This document shows, piece after piece, positions 16,576 through 25,254 of a stretch of 64,000 nt of DNA; position 1 is the stretch's first letter; each line of letters begins with the position of its first letter. The stretch is from a virus (Duplodnaviria > Caudoviricetes). A model generated the notes under the pieces. That model ran no database searches. It saw only the letters and a program-made list of their open reading frames with translations, and had not been told where the DNA came from. The DNA lies in the IMG/VR virus record IMGVR_UViG_3300025961_000012, positions 13,109-77,108 of that record; one strand, given 5' to 3'. The translations under genes were made by a program, and so were the position numbers.

Positions 16576-18459
16576 ATGGCCTTGCCTGACAACGTAGTCA
16601 TCTCGGAGCGGTTCACAAAGCAGTGTTCCCCGGTCATCTCGACCAATTACGACACCTGCGGAACCGTCACCCGCGCGACCGTCGCGCATCTCACACCATC
16701 CGACCTGGACGCCATCTTCTCCCCAGGCGGCCTGTTCGCCGATCTCGACGCATGGTTCAAGCACTCCATCGAAATGAAGGCGTGCGGCGTACGCATCAAC
16801 ACGATGTACGACTGGATCATGGCCAACGCCGATCGCACCGAATATCGCGGGGCCGTGTCCGGCACGAAGGGCGTCAAAACCGAATCTCTCCTGCACCCGT
16901 TCATACTCGGGTCACAGGAAACCGTCCTCAACCCGTCGTACTGGAAGGTTGTCGCTGGCGCCGCCGGCACGACCATTGAAGCCTCTGCCGGCATTCCGAC
17001 CACCCTGGCCACCCAGTCTGGCGCCGGTACCACGACGTTCCTGAAACAAGGAGCTGTCGATGGGGGAACGAATCCGGACTCGCAGACTACCGAGGACGGA
17101 TCCACGGTCATCGCCTACAACACGACTGGCGTGCGCTGGATCCGGCTCACGAACCGTTTTGGCATCCCAGCCGACCCGGGCCTGTTCCTCCCGCGTAACA
17201 CCATCCATCTGTTCACGCGCAGCGCGGCCGGTGTATCGCAGCACGGCCAATGGCGCATCCTAAACTCCGTCGCCGGCACAACGGCCGACGGCAACGCCGC
17301 GATCGACGTCGCCATTTACAACGAGAACGGCGGCAGCGCCGAAGCCTACGACACCACGCCCAGCTCGACGCTCGGCGGCGTCGTCGTGCCAGGCGTCAAC
17401 AACGTCGATGACTACGAGAAATGGTGCCACAACCGCACCACGCTCGACCCGCGCAAGCGCGTGCTGTTCTGGGTGCAAACGTTCCGTAACTCGCGCTGCG
17501 TCGATTCCGAGTATCAGGCCGTGTTCAAAAAGCTCCTGATGACGAACCCGGCCTTCAAGGAATTCGGTGACCTCGATCTGGCCGAGCGCAATCGCCAGGA
17601 CGAAGCCGCTGCCCAACGTGAGTTCGTCAACTCGTTCTTCTTCAACAAGCCGATCTCCGCCAACCAGACGCAGGCGCTCTGGCAGAACCTCGAGCCCATT
17701 TATTCCACGGAGGCCTCCGGGCTCACCCTTGGCCTGGGCGGCAAGCTCATGGGCCGGCGCGCGAACTTCGTCGGCGTCAAGGAACAGCTCAGGGAGTGCG
17801 GTCGCGTGTTCGATCTCCAGAACCAGGCGCTGCGCATCGAGGAATGGCTGGACCTCAACTACAACATCAAACGCGCCCGCGAGACCGGCATGAACGGCAA
17901 GAAGGTCACGGACATCGACTGGTGGACCAATTCCCAGTTCCGCGCCCTGTTCCAACAGGCGTATGTCGAATACGCTGCGGCCAAGTGGGGTGCGCAGGCG
18001 CGCTGGGATTTCGAGTACAACAAGGTCAGCGAAGCCGGCATTCTGTTCGATTCCTACACGTTCCAGTATCCGAGCGGCATCCGCATCAACCTCCTGTCGA
18101 ACGATTTCTTCGACGATTTCCTGGACCAGTTCTACGACCAATCCATGACCAGCCGCGGCAATCTCCTGCTCGCCCTGGACATCGGCAAGCCCGGCCCCAA
18201 CGGCGGCACGATCTTTTACTCGCAGATCGCCGCCAACCGCATGACGACCCAGACCGCCACGATCGAACAAGCCGCGCGCCTGGACTCGACGCTGCGCTGC
18301 GTCATGAAGATGCCGTCGCTCGAGCAGACGCTCATGTCTGAGAGCGGCACAGTCGTTGTGAGCTGTCCGTTACATTCTGCATGGATCGAAGGAATTTCTC
18401 TGGCGAAACCCACCGCAACGGGCAAATCCGCTGCGCCCACCTACACGGATCTCTACTGA
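16576..18459 (+). CDS. Putative major capsid protein (627 aa)
   Basis: Follows the scaffold-like gene, strongly biased (high-expression) codon usage, followed by a strong intrinsic terminator. Confidence 0.7.
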   Translation: MALPDNVVISERFTKQCSPVISTNYDTCGTVTRATVAHLTPSDLDAIFSPGGLFADLDAWFKHSIEMKACGVRINTMYDWIMANADRTEYRGAVSGTKGVKTESLLHPFILGSQETVLNPSYWKVVAGAAGTTIEASAGIPTTLATQSGAGTTTFLKQGAVDGGTNPDSQTTEDGSTVIAYNTTGVRWIRLTNRFGIPADPGLFLPRNTIHLFTRSAAGVSQHGQWRILNSVAGTTADGNAAIDVAIYNENGGSAEAYDTTPSSTLGGVVVPGVNNVDDYEKWCHNRTTLDPRKRVLFWVQTFRNSRCVDSEYQAVFKKLLMTNPAFKEFGDLDLAERNRQDEAAAQREFVNSFFFNKPISANQTQALWQNLEPIYSTEASGLTLGLGGKLMGRRANFVGVKEQLRECGRVFDLQNQALRIEEWLDLNYNIKRARETGMNGKKVTDIDWWTNSQFRALFQQAYVEYAAAKWGAQARWDFEYNKVSEAGILFDSYTFQYPSGIRINLLSNDFFDDFLDQFYDQSMTSRGNLLLALDIGKPGPNGGTIFYSQIAANRMTTQTATIEQAARLDSTLRCVMKMPSLEQTLMSESGTVVVSCPLHSAWIEGISLAKPTATGKSAAPTYTDLY

Positions 18460-18477
18460 TCCCGAACGACATTTCAC

Positions 18478-18510
18478 AGCCCGCTGGCGAACCCGGCGGG
18501 CTTTTTGTTT
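18478..18510 (+). terminator. Rho-independent terminator after the capsid gene
   Basis: AGCCCGCTGG-CGAAC-CCGGCGGGCT stem-loop followed by TTTTGTTT. Confidence 0.9.
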
Positions 18511-18511
18511 G

Positions 18512-18544
18512 CCGCTTGACAATTCGATCAGTGATCCGCAGCGT
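18512..18544 (+). promoter_or_regulatory. CCGCTTGACAA-N16-CAGCGT promoter, leaderless to GTG 18553
   Basis: TTGACA 18516-18521, 17-bp spacer, CAGCGT 18539-18544, start codon 8 nt later. Confidence 0.75.
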
Positions 18545-18552
18545 CGTCTCGC

Positions 18553-19452
18553 GTGAATTATTACAACGAGAACGATCCCAGGGCCGCTGCGTGGCTTCGG
18601 GAATTGATTCGCGCCGGGGAGATTTCAATGGGGGAAGTGGACGAGCGCAGTATAGTCGAAGTCAAAACTCATGAACTCAAAGGATATGCCCAATGCCATT
18701 GGTTTGCCGGAATTGGCGGTTGGTCTCTTGCCCTTCGACTTGCCAGATGGCCCGACGACAAGCCCGTCTGGACAGCCTCGCTCCCATGCCAACCATTCAG
18801 CACAGCCGGGGATCAGCGAGCGGAAGCGGACGAGCGCCACCTCTGGCCAGTGTTCGCCGAGCTTGTTCGGCACGGGCAGCCTTAAATCGCGTTTGGAGAG
18901 CAGGTTGCGAGCAAACTTGGACGTGAATGGCTCGCTGGAGTTCGAGATGATTTGGAAGGAATGGGGTATGAAGTCGGGGCTTCCGATCTGTGCGCTGCGA
19001 GCGTCGGAGCGCCGCACAGACGACAACGGCTCTACTGGGTGGCCCACTCCATCCGCGATCGACTCAGTTCGCGGGGTGGAGTCCAAGGAGGCGCGAAAGG
19101 CACGGGGATCACACACGGGCACGACGTTGAACGATGCGGCAGCAATGGCGCCCTGGCCGACGTGCAGCGCACGGGATTGGAAGGACACGCCGGGAATGGC
19201 GACAACGGGCACGAACCCGGACGGAACGGAGCGAACTCGCCTGGATCAATTGCCGCGAGTCGCAACCCTTGGGATTCCTACGACCTGCTCCCCTGCATCG
19301 ACGGAAAAGCGCGGCGCGTTGAACCCGGAACATTCCCGCTGGCTCATGGGGTACCCGGCCGCGTGGGGCTCCTGCGGGGATACGGGAATAGCATCGTGCC
19401 GCAAATCGCGGAAGTCTTCATCCGTTCCTGTGTCGAAGCCATAGGCATCTGA
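18553..19452 (+). pseudogene. dcm: C5-cytosine DNA methyltransferase (alpha chain) interrupted by an in-frame TAA at 18883-18885
   Basis: FAGIGG (motif I), LPCQPFS (IV), then QP*IAFGEQV (VI) in the same frame, APHRRQRLYWVA (VIII), LRGYGNSIVPQ (X). Confidence 0.85.
18671..19444 (+). CDS. Nested alternative-frame MTase subunit (EcoHK31I beta-like; TRD/motif IX)
   Basis: Intact 257-codon +1 frame with repeated WPTP/WPTC..RDWK boxes and LNPEHSRWLMGYP (motif IX-like, absent from the alpha frame); start may be later. Confidence 0.75.
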   Translation: MNSKDMPNAIGLPELAVGLLPFDLPDGPTTSPSGQPRSHANHSAQPGISERKRTSATSGQCSPSLFGTGSLKSRLESRLRANLDVNGSLEFEMIWKEWGMKSGLPICALRASERRTDDNGSTGWPTPSAIDSVRGVESKEARKARGSHTGTTLNDAAAMAPWPTCSARDWKDTPGMATTGTNPDGTERTRLDQLPRVATLGIPTTCSPASTEKRGALNPEHSRWLMGYPAAWGSCGDTGIASCRKSRKSSSVPVSKP

Positions 19453-19459
19453 ATCCGCC

Positions 19460-19489
19460 TTGCGTTCCCTCGTCTGTCGCGGTTACGGT
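19460..19489 (+). promoter_or_regulatory. Putative leaderless promoter (TTGCGT-N18-TACGGT-N6-ATG)
   Basis: Hexamers read directly; ATG at 19496. Confidence 0.5.
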
Positions 19490-19495
19490 GCGGCC

Positions 19496-19894
19496 ATGAT
19501 TCAGTACTTCAAGAAGTATTCGCCACAGCAGGCAATCATCTTCTCCGACGGCAGCGGTTTCAGGGGGTTCCAGCTTGTGAACAACGAGGTCGGGATCCTG
19601 GCTACCGAGGATCCTCGAATCATCCGTGAGATCGAAGCGTGCATCGCCGGCCAACGCGGCGGCGCCGAGAAGATCACATCCGAGGAGTTTCTTTCGTTGC
19701 AGAGTCAAAAAAAAAGCAATTTGCAGCCTCCTTGGAGAGAGGAGTGGCAACCGCGCAAGCTGCCCCCAACAGCGTCAGGCGGCTCCCTCAGCCAGCCAAG
19801 TGCTGCGGTCACTGAGGCGCCGGCGCCGCGGGCTGTGCCGCCGGCGGATGCGGAGAAAAGTTTCAAGCCGAAGACGAGCAAAAGCAAAACGTGA
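19496..19894 (+). CDS. Hypothetical (probably virion/head-associated) protein
   Basis: MIQYFKKYSP...; globular N-terminus and P/A/K-rich tail; coupled to the next gene. Confidence 0.7.
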   Translation: MIQYFKKYSPQQAIIFSDGSGFRGFQLVNNEVGILATEDPRIIREIEACIAGQRGGAEKITSEEFLSLQSQKKSNLQPPWREEWQPRKLPPTASGGSLSQPSAAVTEAPAPRAVPPADAEKSFKPKTSKSKT

Positions 19895-21501
19895 TCACGT
19901 ATGCCTCATTCAGAACGGCGATAAGGCAGGAACTTTGGCCATTCCCCGGCGAGGCAAAGAGCCTCCGGCCAGCGCACGACAAGGCGTTTCTCGAGGCGAT
20001 GATCGCGCTTCAGCGTTGGGTGCCAGAACTGCGCGTCAATCATACGAGCGTGTTTCCGGCCTGTTCGACATACGTGCAGTGCGCGCTGTCGGTTGTTGAG
20101 GCGCCGGTCGGCGAGATCAAGCGGGTTTACACGATCGCGAATGGTGAGTGGTGCGATCGCGTGTTCTACAGCAGCAGAGCACACATGGAGGTGCTCAAGT
20201 GGCAGCGGTGCCTGTTGACGCGGTTCACGTCCCCGGAGAACGTCGGAATGCCGGCGCTCCAGCAGGGATTCAGATTTTCGGAGGCTTCCACGGATTCCCC
20301 CGCGGGACGCGCGCGTGCGGGCATCTGGTCGATCAACCGCAAGCGGTTCCACCTGGCGCCTTGGCTTCAAAGCAATGAATCGCTGGTGATAGAGTGGGAC
20401 GGCGAAAAGAAGGAATGGCTCGACGACGATGTTCTGGACCAGAACTACTTCGACGCCGAAGCGGCGGCCGTCGTGAAGCTTTACGTGCAGAAGTCGCACG
20501 AGCGGGATTTCGGGTGCGACATGGCCAAGATACGGATGCTGGAGCAGGACTACGGGCAGAAGCTCGGCGAACTCATGCACGGCTGGCGGGAGAAGACGCG
20601 CAACCAGGAGAACACGGACGCCGAGGAATTGAACGTGTGCTCGCCGACGAGTGCGGATCTCGCGGACGATGCACCTATGGTTCCCACTGATCAGACGATT
20701 GTCGCCTACATAGCGGACATTGACGGCGGCGCCGCCACTGTCGAAGTGGCGAACTTGGTGAAGTCGTGGGGCCCGGCTTATATCGTGAGCGGCGGCGACA
20801 ATTGGTACGGCAGCGCGATTACGAAGGAAGCTTTGGACGCCTCAGTCGGTCCCAGTTACGGAGATTACATTTTCCCCTACTTGGGCACGCTGGCCACCGG
20901 GGCAGAACGGACGAACGCATTCTTTCCGGCTGTAGGTGACCATGACCGGGATCCCGTCGGCCGGCTGCCGGTGTTCCTGAACTATTTCAACCTGCACAAG
21001 CCGTATTACGATTTCGTCCAGGGGCACGTTCACTGGTTCATCGTGGACAACGGGCTGAACCAGGCTGACGTGCTCGTCCAGGCGGACGGGAACACGTCCA
21101 CCAGCGTGCAGGGCGAGGCGTTTAGGCTGAAAATGGCTCTTTCGACGGCGCGCTGGAAGATTGTCGTCATTGGGGCGCCACCGCACTCTTCCATCAAGGA
21201 GAGCAACACGGCATACGCTGCGCTGCGCTGGCCCTACAAGGCGTGGGGCGCGGATTTGGTGCTGACCGGCGACGATCACCTTTACGAGCGCCTACTGGCA
21301 CCTGAGGGCTATCCGCTCATCGTAGCCGGCTGGAGCGGCCGGGCGCTGGTAGCCAGCGGTTCACCGATCGCCTACAGCCTCGTTCAGTATGACGCGGATT
21401 TCGGGGCGCTGAAGATCACCGTGTCGTGCGACGAGTTCAAGGTCGAGGCGATCAACCGGGTTGGAGTGCTCATCGACACTCTGACGCTGACGAAACCATG
21501 A
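19891..21501 (+). CDS. Fusion of an N-terminal putative head-tail adaptor region and a C-terminal calcineurin-like/purple-acid-phosphatase domain
   Basis: C-terminal motifs IADIDG, GGDNWY, AVGDHD, WKIVVIG, LVLTGDDHLYER follow the PAP layout; N-terminal ~245 aa assigned by position only. Confidence 0.7.
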   Translation: MITYASFRTAIRQELWPFPGEAKSLRPAHDKAFLEAMIALQRWVPELRVNHTSVFPACSTYVQCALSVVEAPVGEIKRVYTIANGEWCDRVFYSSRAHMEVLKWQRCLLTRFTSPENVGMPALQQGFRFSEASTDSPAGRARAGIWSINRKRFHLAPWLQSNESLVIEWDGEKKEWLDDDVLDQNYFDAEAAAVVKLYVQKSHERDFGCDMAKIRMLEQDYGQKLGELMHGWREKTRNQENTDAEELNVCSPTSADLADDAPMVPTDQTIVAYIADIDGGAATVEVANLVKSWGPAYIVSGGDNWYGSAITKEALDASVGPSYGDYIFPYLGTLATGAERTNAFFPAVGDHDRDPVGRLPVFLNYFNLHKPYYDFVQGHVHWFIVDNGLNQADVLVQADGNTSTSVQGEAFRLKMALSTARWKIVVIGAPPHSSIKESNTAYAALRWPYKAWGADLVLTGDDHLYERLLAPEGYPLIVAGWSGRALVASGSPIAYSLVQYDADFGALKITVSCDEFKVEAINRVGVLIDTLTLTKP

Positions 21502-21812
21502 GGTTCATCGATCTCAAACCGGAGTTCGTGCAAAGCTCAAAGAGCGGCGAGAATCGCAAGGGCACAGCAGTGTGGTCATTGTGCCCGTGCGGTTGCGGGT
21601 CTGGTCTGCTTATCGCGCTTCGGAACCCGCTCGACGGAGGGCCTCCGGACGGTCCTGAAGTGTGGGGCGAAGGTCTGACGGATCGCTGGCAAAGAACCGG
21701 CGAAGACTTCAATACGATCAGCTTTGAACCGTCTGTGCTGATGTGGGAGGACAAAAAGGCCGGAAAACAGCACTGGCATGGATGGATCAGAAATGGTGAG
21801 GTGACAGCGTGA
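21498..21812 (+). CDS. DUF6527-like protein
   Basis: LCPCGCG...PLDGG...WQRTG..F..ISFEPSV......HWHGWIRNGEV pattern; ATG at 21498. Confidence 0.7.
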   Translation: MRFIDLKPEFVQSSKSGENRKGTAVWSLCPCGCGSGLLIALRNPLDGGPPDGPEVWGEGLTDRWQRTGEDFNTISFEPSVLMWEDKKAGKQHWHGWIRNGEVTA

Positions 21813-22033
21813 GACGCCGGTCATTCTTCAGCCGGATTGCAGGGTTCGTCGCCGCTGTGGAGCATCTGGAATTAAAATCTGTCCAAGTGGCATTTTGGAC
21901 ACAGAACACTCGCTCGTCGAGATGCGTGGATCCTGAATACGAGAAACTTCTCTGTAATCTGGAGAGCCGACCAACATCAGCCCTTAACGTGCCGAATATG
22001 TTCGATTTTCTGAAGGAGCACACCAAGGCATGA
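21809..22033 (+). CDS. Small protein with twin-arginine-like N-terminus and a capsid-derived 18-aa segment
   Basis: MRRRSFFSRIAGFVAAV; VAFWTQNTRSSRCVDPEY vs capsid VLFWVQTFRNSRCVDSEY; coupled at both ends. Confidence 0.7.
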   Translation: MRRRSFFSRIAGFVAAVEHLELKSVQVAFWTQNTRSSRCVDPEYEKLLCNLESRPTSALNVPNMFDFLKEHTKA

Positions 22034-24465
22034 AGTTCGACCAACTCGACAACCAGCCGTGCCTGCTCCCCCAGGTGAACGAGGAATCGTGTGAAAGCAC
22101 GAGGCTACCGGTCCAGGAGGGGCGCCTCGAGCTGCGTCCCGAGGTTGCCGTCGTGGCAGTTCTGGGCACGGTCCAGTATCGAACCTTCCTGATCGCCAAC
22201 GGCGTCGAGCGCGAGGTTACATCCGGGCTCAGCTATCGCTCTGGCAGCACCGTAATCGCAGTCATCGGCGCCATCGGCGGCAATGCGACGGGCATCTCCG
22301 TCGGTATCGTCACGATTTCCGTCGAATGGCAGGGCCTCGAGGCGTTCGGCCAGCTTCAGGTCGTTGACTCCTGCGACAACATTTCGAACGGGCTGGAGAT
22401 CGTCATCGACAACTCGGAGTCGATGAATCAGGCGTTTGGCGCGCCATACGGCACCAAGCTTGATTTCGCGAAGTTCCTCGCCAAACAGTTCGCCGGAGAG
22501 GTCGACGTGCGCAAGGACATCGTTGGGCTGACCACGTTCGCCGTGTCGGGCCAGGTTGTGGCGCCTTTGACGGCCGATAACATCGCCGTCGGGACCGCCA
22601 TCATGGGTGTCGGCTTCGTTCCGGAGCAGACAGACATCCATGCGGGGCTCGAAACGGCCATCGCGGAACTCGCCGCGGCGAACGTCGACCGCCGCGTTAT
22701 CCTGCTGATCACGGACGGCCAGCATAACGACGACATCGAGCCGCTGCAGACGGCACTCCAATTCCGGTCTGGTGGCGGCGTTCTCATTGTCATTGGCCTG
22801 CGCGCCGGCCTGGAGGCTTTCATGCGCCTCGAGAAGCTCGCCAATGGCGGATTCTTTATCTCCGCCTACGACGGCCCGACCGCCGAGGACGCCAAACGTT
22901 ACGTGAGCGGGCTAAAGGGCTATCTGTGCGCCGGCAACTGCTGCCCGGAAGGTGACATCATCGTCGGCCAGGGCAAACTCAACTACGAGGATTGGCTCAA
23001 CTGGGATAACATCGGCAACGTCGATCTGATTGGAAACGGTTTTTACGACCTTATCCCCGGGCACGGTCTGTTCGTGGATCTCGTGGGAAGCTCGGCGCCA
23101 TGGCAGGGCGGGTTAATCAGCAAGAAATCGTTCACGTTCCAAAACGGCGTCAACTACAAGCTGAGTTACAAACTGGCCGGCAATCAGCGCGCGGACGCCA
23201 CGGGCTACTCGGTCAAGGTCAATGCCGGCAGCGTCGCGACCGCCACGCACGCGATGAACGATTGGCGCCAGGACTTTACGACCTACGACTTGAGTTTCTT
23301 GGGCGATGGCACTTCCGGCCAACTGATCTTCATCCAGGAAACGGTCTCGCCTGCGCCGGCGGCTCAAGCCTTCGGGGTTTTGCTTGATGACGTCACGCTC
23401 ATCAACGATGACACGGACGAAATTCTGTTCACCGAAAGTTTCGACAACGAGAATCTGACTTACGTGCCGCCCGCTTGCGGCATGGGCACAGTCTACGGAC
23501 AGGGTTACGGTGGCGGTTACGCCTACGGGACGTGCTGCTACGGTTACGGGTGCCTGGCTGAACCGGTCAAACAGCAGAACCCGGATCCCATGCCGCCAAC
23601 GGATCCCGAGACGGAGCCCGATCCGTTCTGGATCAGCACGCAGTCCTACACGGCAAGCTGCCCCGTTGGAACCACGGGCGCCGACGTGACACGCTCGGCG
23701 AGCTACAAGAGTTTCATCAGCGCGGCCGATGCCAACGCAAAAGCCCTGGCGCTGGCTCAGACCGCAGCCGAGGCGGCGCTGAACTGTGTGAGCCCGCCCG
23801 TCAACGGCGATCTCATCAACATGCACGCCATCCGCGGCAGGCATACGACAAAGATAGGCTTTGCCGCATTCGGAAAGACGTCCGGCGACGTCTGGAACGC
23901 ATGGAGCGCCTCCGATTACAACAACGATACCCTGTTGAAATCGGACGGGACCGCCTCCTTCGTCACCATCCGAAAGTGTGAAGTCGGCGATTTCACGCAA
24001 ACGGACCTTGTCGCCGTCAATTTCGATGTGTCGCTCGACCATCCGGACGCCATGTACAAGATGGGCCAGGCGTTCTATCGCAACGATTCGATCACGCCGA
24101 AAGACGAGGCGCTGTTCTTCGACGGATTACCCGAAGGCAATTATGAGGTCTACGTTTACGGCCACGGCGCTGACAACGCGCTGCAGGTCGGCCATTACCA
24201 GGTTCGCACCGGTAAACTCACAGGAGATCTGGCATCTGGATTCGTGCTCGATCCTTTCACCAACACCGTTTACCCAACGCTCGACACGTCGAACACGGAC
24301 AGCTACCTCGACACCGCCTGGGCTGAAAACGTCCAGTTCGTGAAATACTCAGTCACGATCGGCGCAGGGCAGACCGGCATCTGCATCATTTCCGCCAGCG
24401 CATCCGGCGTGGATCCCGGGCGAATCAGCGTGCTCATGGGCGTGCAGATTCACAGAGTGCCATAA
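22030..24465 (+). CDS. vWA (MIDAS) domain virion/adhesin protein with Ig-like and carbohydrate-binding-like modules
   Basis: IVIDNSESM (DxSxS), TDIHAGL, VILLITDG; flanking beta-rich and Cys-rich modules. Confidence 0.8.
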   Translation: MKFDQLDNQPCLLPQVNEESCESTRLPVQEGRLELRPEVAVVAVLGTVQYRTFLIANGVEREVTSGLSYRSGSTVIAVIGAIGGNATGISVGIVTISVEWQGLEAFGQLQVVDSCDNISNGLEIVIDNSESMNQAFGAPYGTKLDFAKFLAKQFAGEVDVRKDIVGLTTFAVSGQVVAPLTADNIAVGTAIMGVGFVPEQTDIHAGLETAIAELAAANVDRRVILLITDGQHNDDIEPLQTALQFRSGGGVLIVIGLRAGLEAFMRLEKLANGGFFISAYDGPTAEDAKRYVSGLKGYLCAGNCCPEGDIIVGQGKLNYEDWLNWDNIGNVDLIGNGFYDLIPGHGLFVDLVGSSAPWQGGLISKKSFTFQNGVNYKLSYKLAGNQRADATGYSVKVNAGSVATATHAMNDWRQDFTTYDLSFLGDGTSGQLIFIQETVSPAPAAQAFGVLLDDVTLINDDTDEILFTESFDNENLTYVPPACGMGTVYGQGYGGGYAYGTCCYGYGCLAEPVKQQNPDPMPPTDPETEPDPFWISTQSYTASCPVGTTGADVTRSASYKSFISAADANAKALALAQTAAEAALNCVSPPVNGDLINMHAIRGRHTTKIGFAAFGKTSGDVWNAWSASDYNNDTLLKSDGTASFVTIRKCEVGDFTQTDLVAVNFDVSLDHPDAMYKMGQAFYRNDSITPKDEALFFDGLPEGNYEVYVYGHGADNALQVGHYQVRTGKLTGDLASGFVLDPFTNTVYPTLDTSNTDSYLDTAWAENVQFVKYSVTIGAGQTGICIISASASGVDPGRISVLMGVQIHRVP

Positions 24466-24468
24466 ACG

Positions 24469-24501
24469 CCGCTTGACAATGCCAGTTGGGTTTCACAGCA
24501 T
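24469..24501 (+). promoter_or_regulatory. CCGCTTGACAA-N16-CAGCAT promoter for the glycan cassette
   Basis: TTGACA 24473-24478, 17-bp spacer, CAGCAT 24496-24501, GTG 9 nt later. Confidence 0.75.
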
Positions 24502-24510
24502 CCGCCCCCA

Positions 24511-25254
24511 GTGACTTCATTCAGACATGCTGGCGACCTCGGCGACATCATTTATTCCCTTCCGGCCGTGCGCCATTTTGGCGGCGGCGATTTCCATATC
24601 GAGGCGGCGGAGTTCACGCGCGTTTGCCTGACTCCGAACAGATGGTGTGGCATCGACAGGCTTCTGGCCGTACAGCCATACATCACCAGCGTGCGCTCCT
24701 ATCGCGTCGGCGAGTATTGCACGTTCAATTTGAACTCGTTCAGGGCGCCGCTGAACGCCGCACTTCGCAAGCATGAACAAACGGACAAGAGCCTTTGCGA
24801 TTGGGTTTTGGAAACGCACAACGTTCCTCTGACCGCGAAGGAAACTCCATGGCTCACCGTCGTTCCGAAGACTGTTGCGCCGGTCGTCATCAATCGCACG
24901 GGCGCCGGACGAACGCGCAACGCCTGCTATCACAATTTCAAATTTCCGTGGCACAAAGTCTGGAAGAAATACGGACGTGACGCGGTGTTCATCGGGACGT
25001 GGGCAGAGTACGAGATGTTTTGCGGATCGTGCGGCGAGGTGCCGTATCACGAGACGAAGGATCTGCTCGAGGCCGCGCAGGTGATTGCCGGCGCCAAACT
25101 GTTCGTAGGGAACCAGAGCGTCTGCCACGCGATTGCCCAGGGCTTGTTTCAGCGTGTCCTGCTCGAAGTCTGGGTTGAGGGCGCCAATTCGACGTTCCTG
25201 CGTGAAGGCGTGACGAATGGTTTCGATGAGAAGGTGGAGTTGCCTGAAATATGA
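24511..25254 (+). CDS. GT9/ADP-heptose:LPS heptosyltransferase-like glycosyltransferase
   Basis: HAGDLGDIIYSLPAVR N-terminal motif and LLEAAQVIAGAKLFVGNQS..HAIAQGL C-terminal motif of the GT9 (WaaC/WaaF) type. Confidence 0.7.
   Translation: MTSFRHAGDLGDIIYSLPAVRHFGGGDFHIEAAEFTRVCLTPNRWCGIDRLLAVQPYITSVRSYRVGEYCTFNLNSFRAPLNAALRKHEQTDKSLCDWVLETHNVPLTAKETPWLTVVPKTVAPVVINRTGAGRTRNACYHNFKFPWHKVWKKYGRDAVFIGTWAEYEMFCGSCGEVPYHETKDLLEAAQVIAGAKLFVGNQSVCHAIAQGLFQRVLLEVWVEGANSTFLREGVTNGFDEKVELPEI

Noticed and set aside
18883-18885. Genome-wide TAA stop-codon reassignment
   Set aside because: TAA terminates many clearly complete genes (e.g. 16521, 24465, 42810, 49591) and no other gene shows in-frame TAA; the lesion is local.
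19707-19715. A9 run as a programmed -1 frameshift fusing 19496-19894 to the next gene (tail-chaperone style)
   Set aside because: The -1 frame is the frame of the next gene but hits TGA at 19813-19815 before reaching it; the +1 frame gives Arg-rich nonsense.
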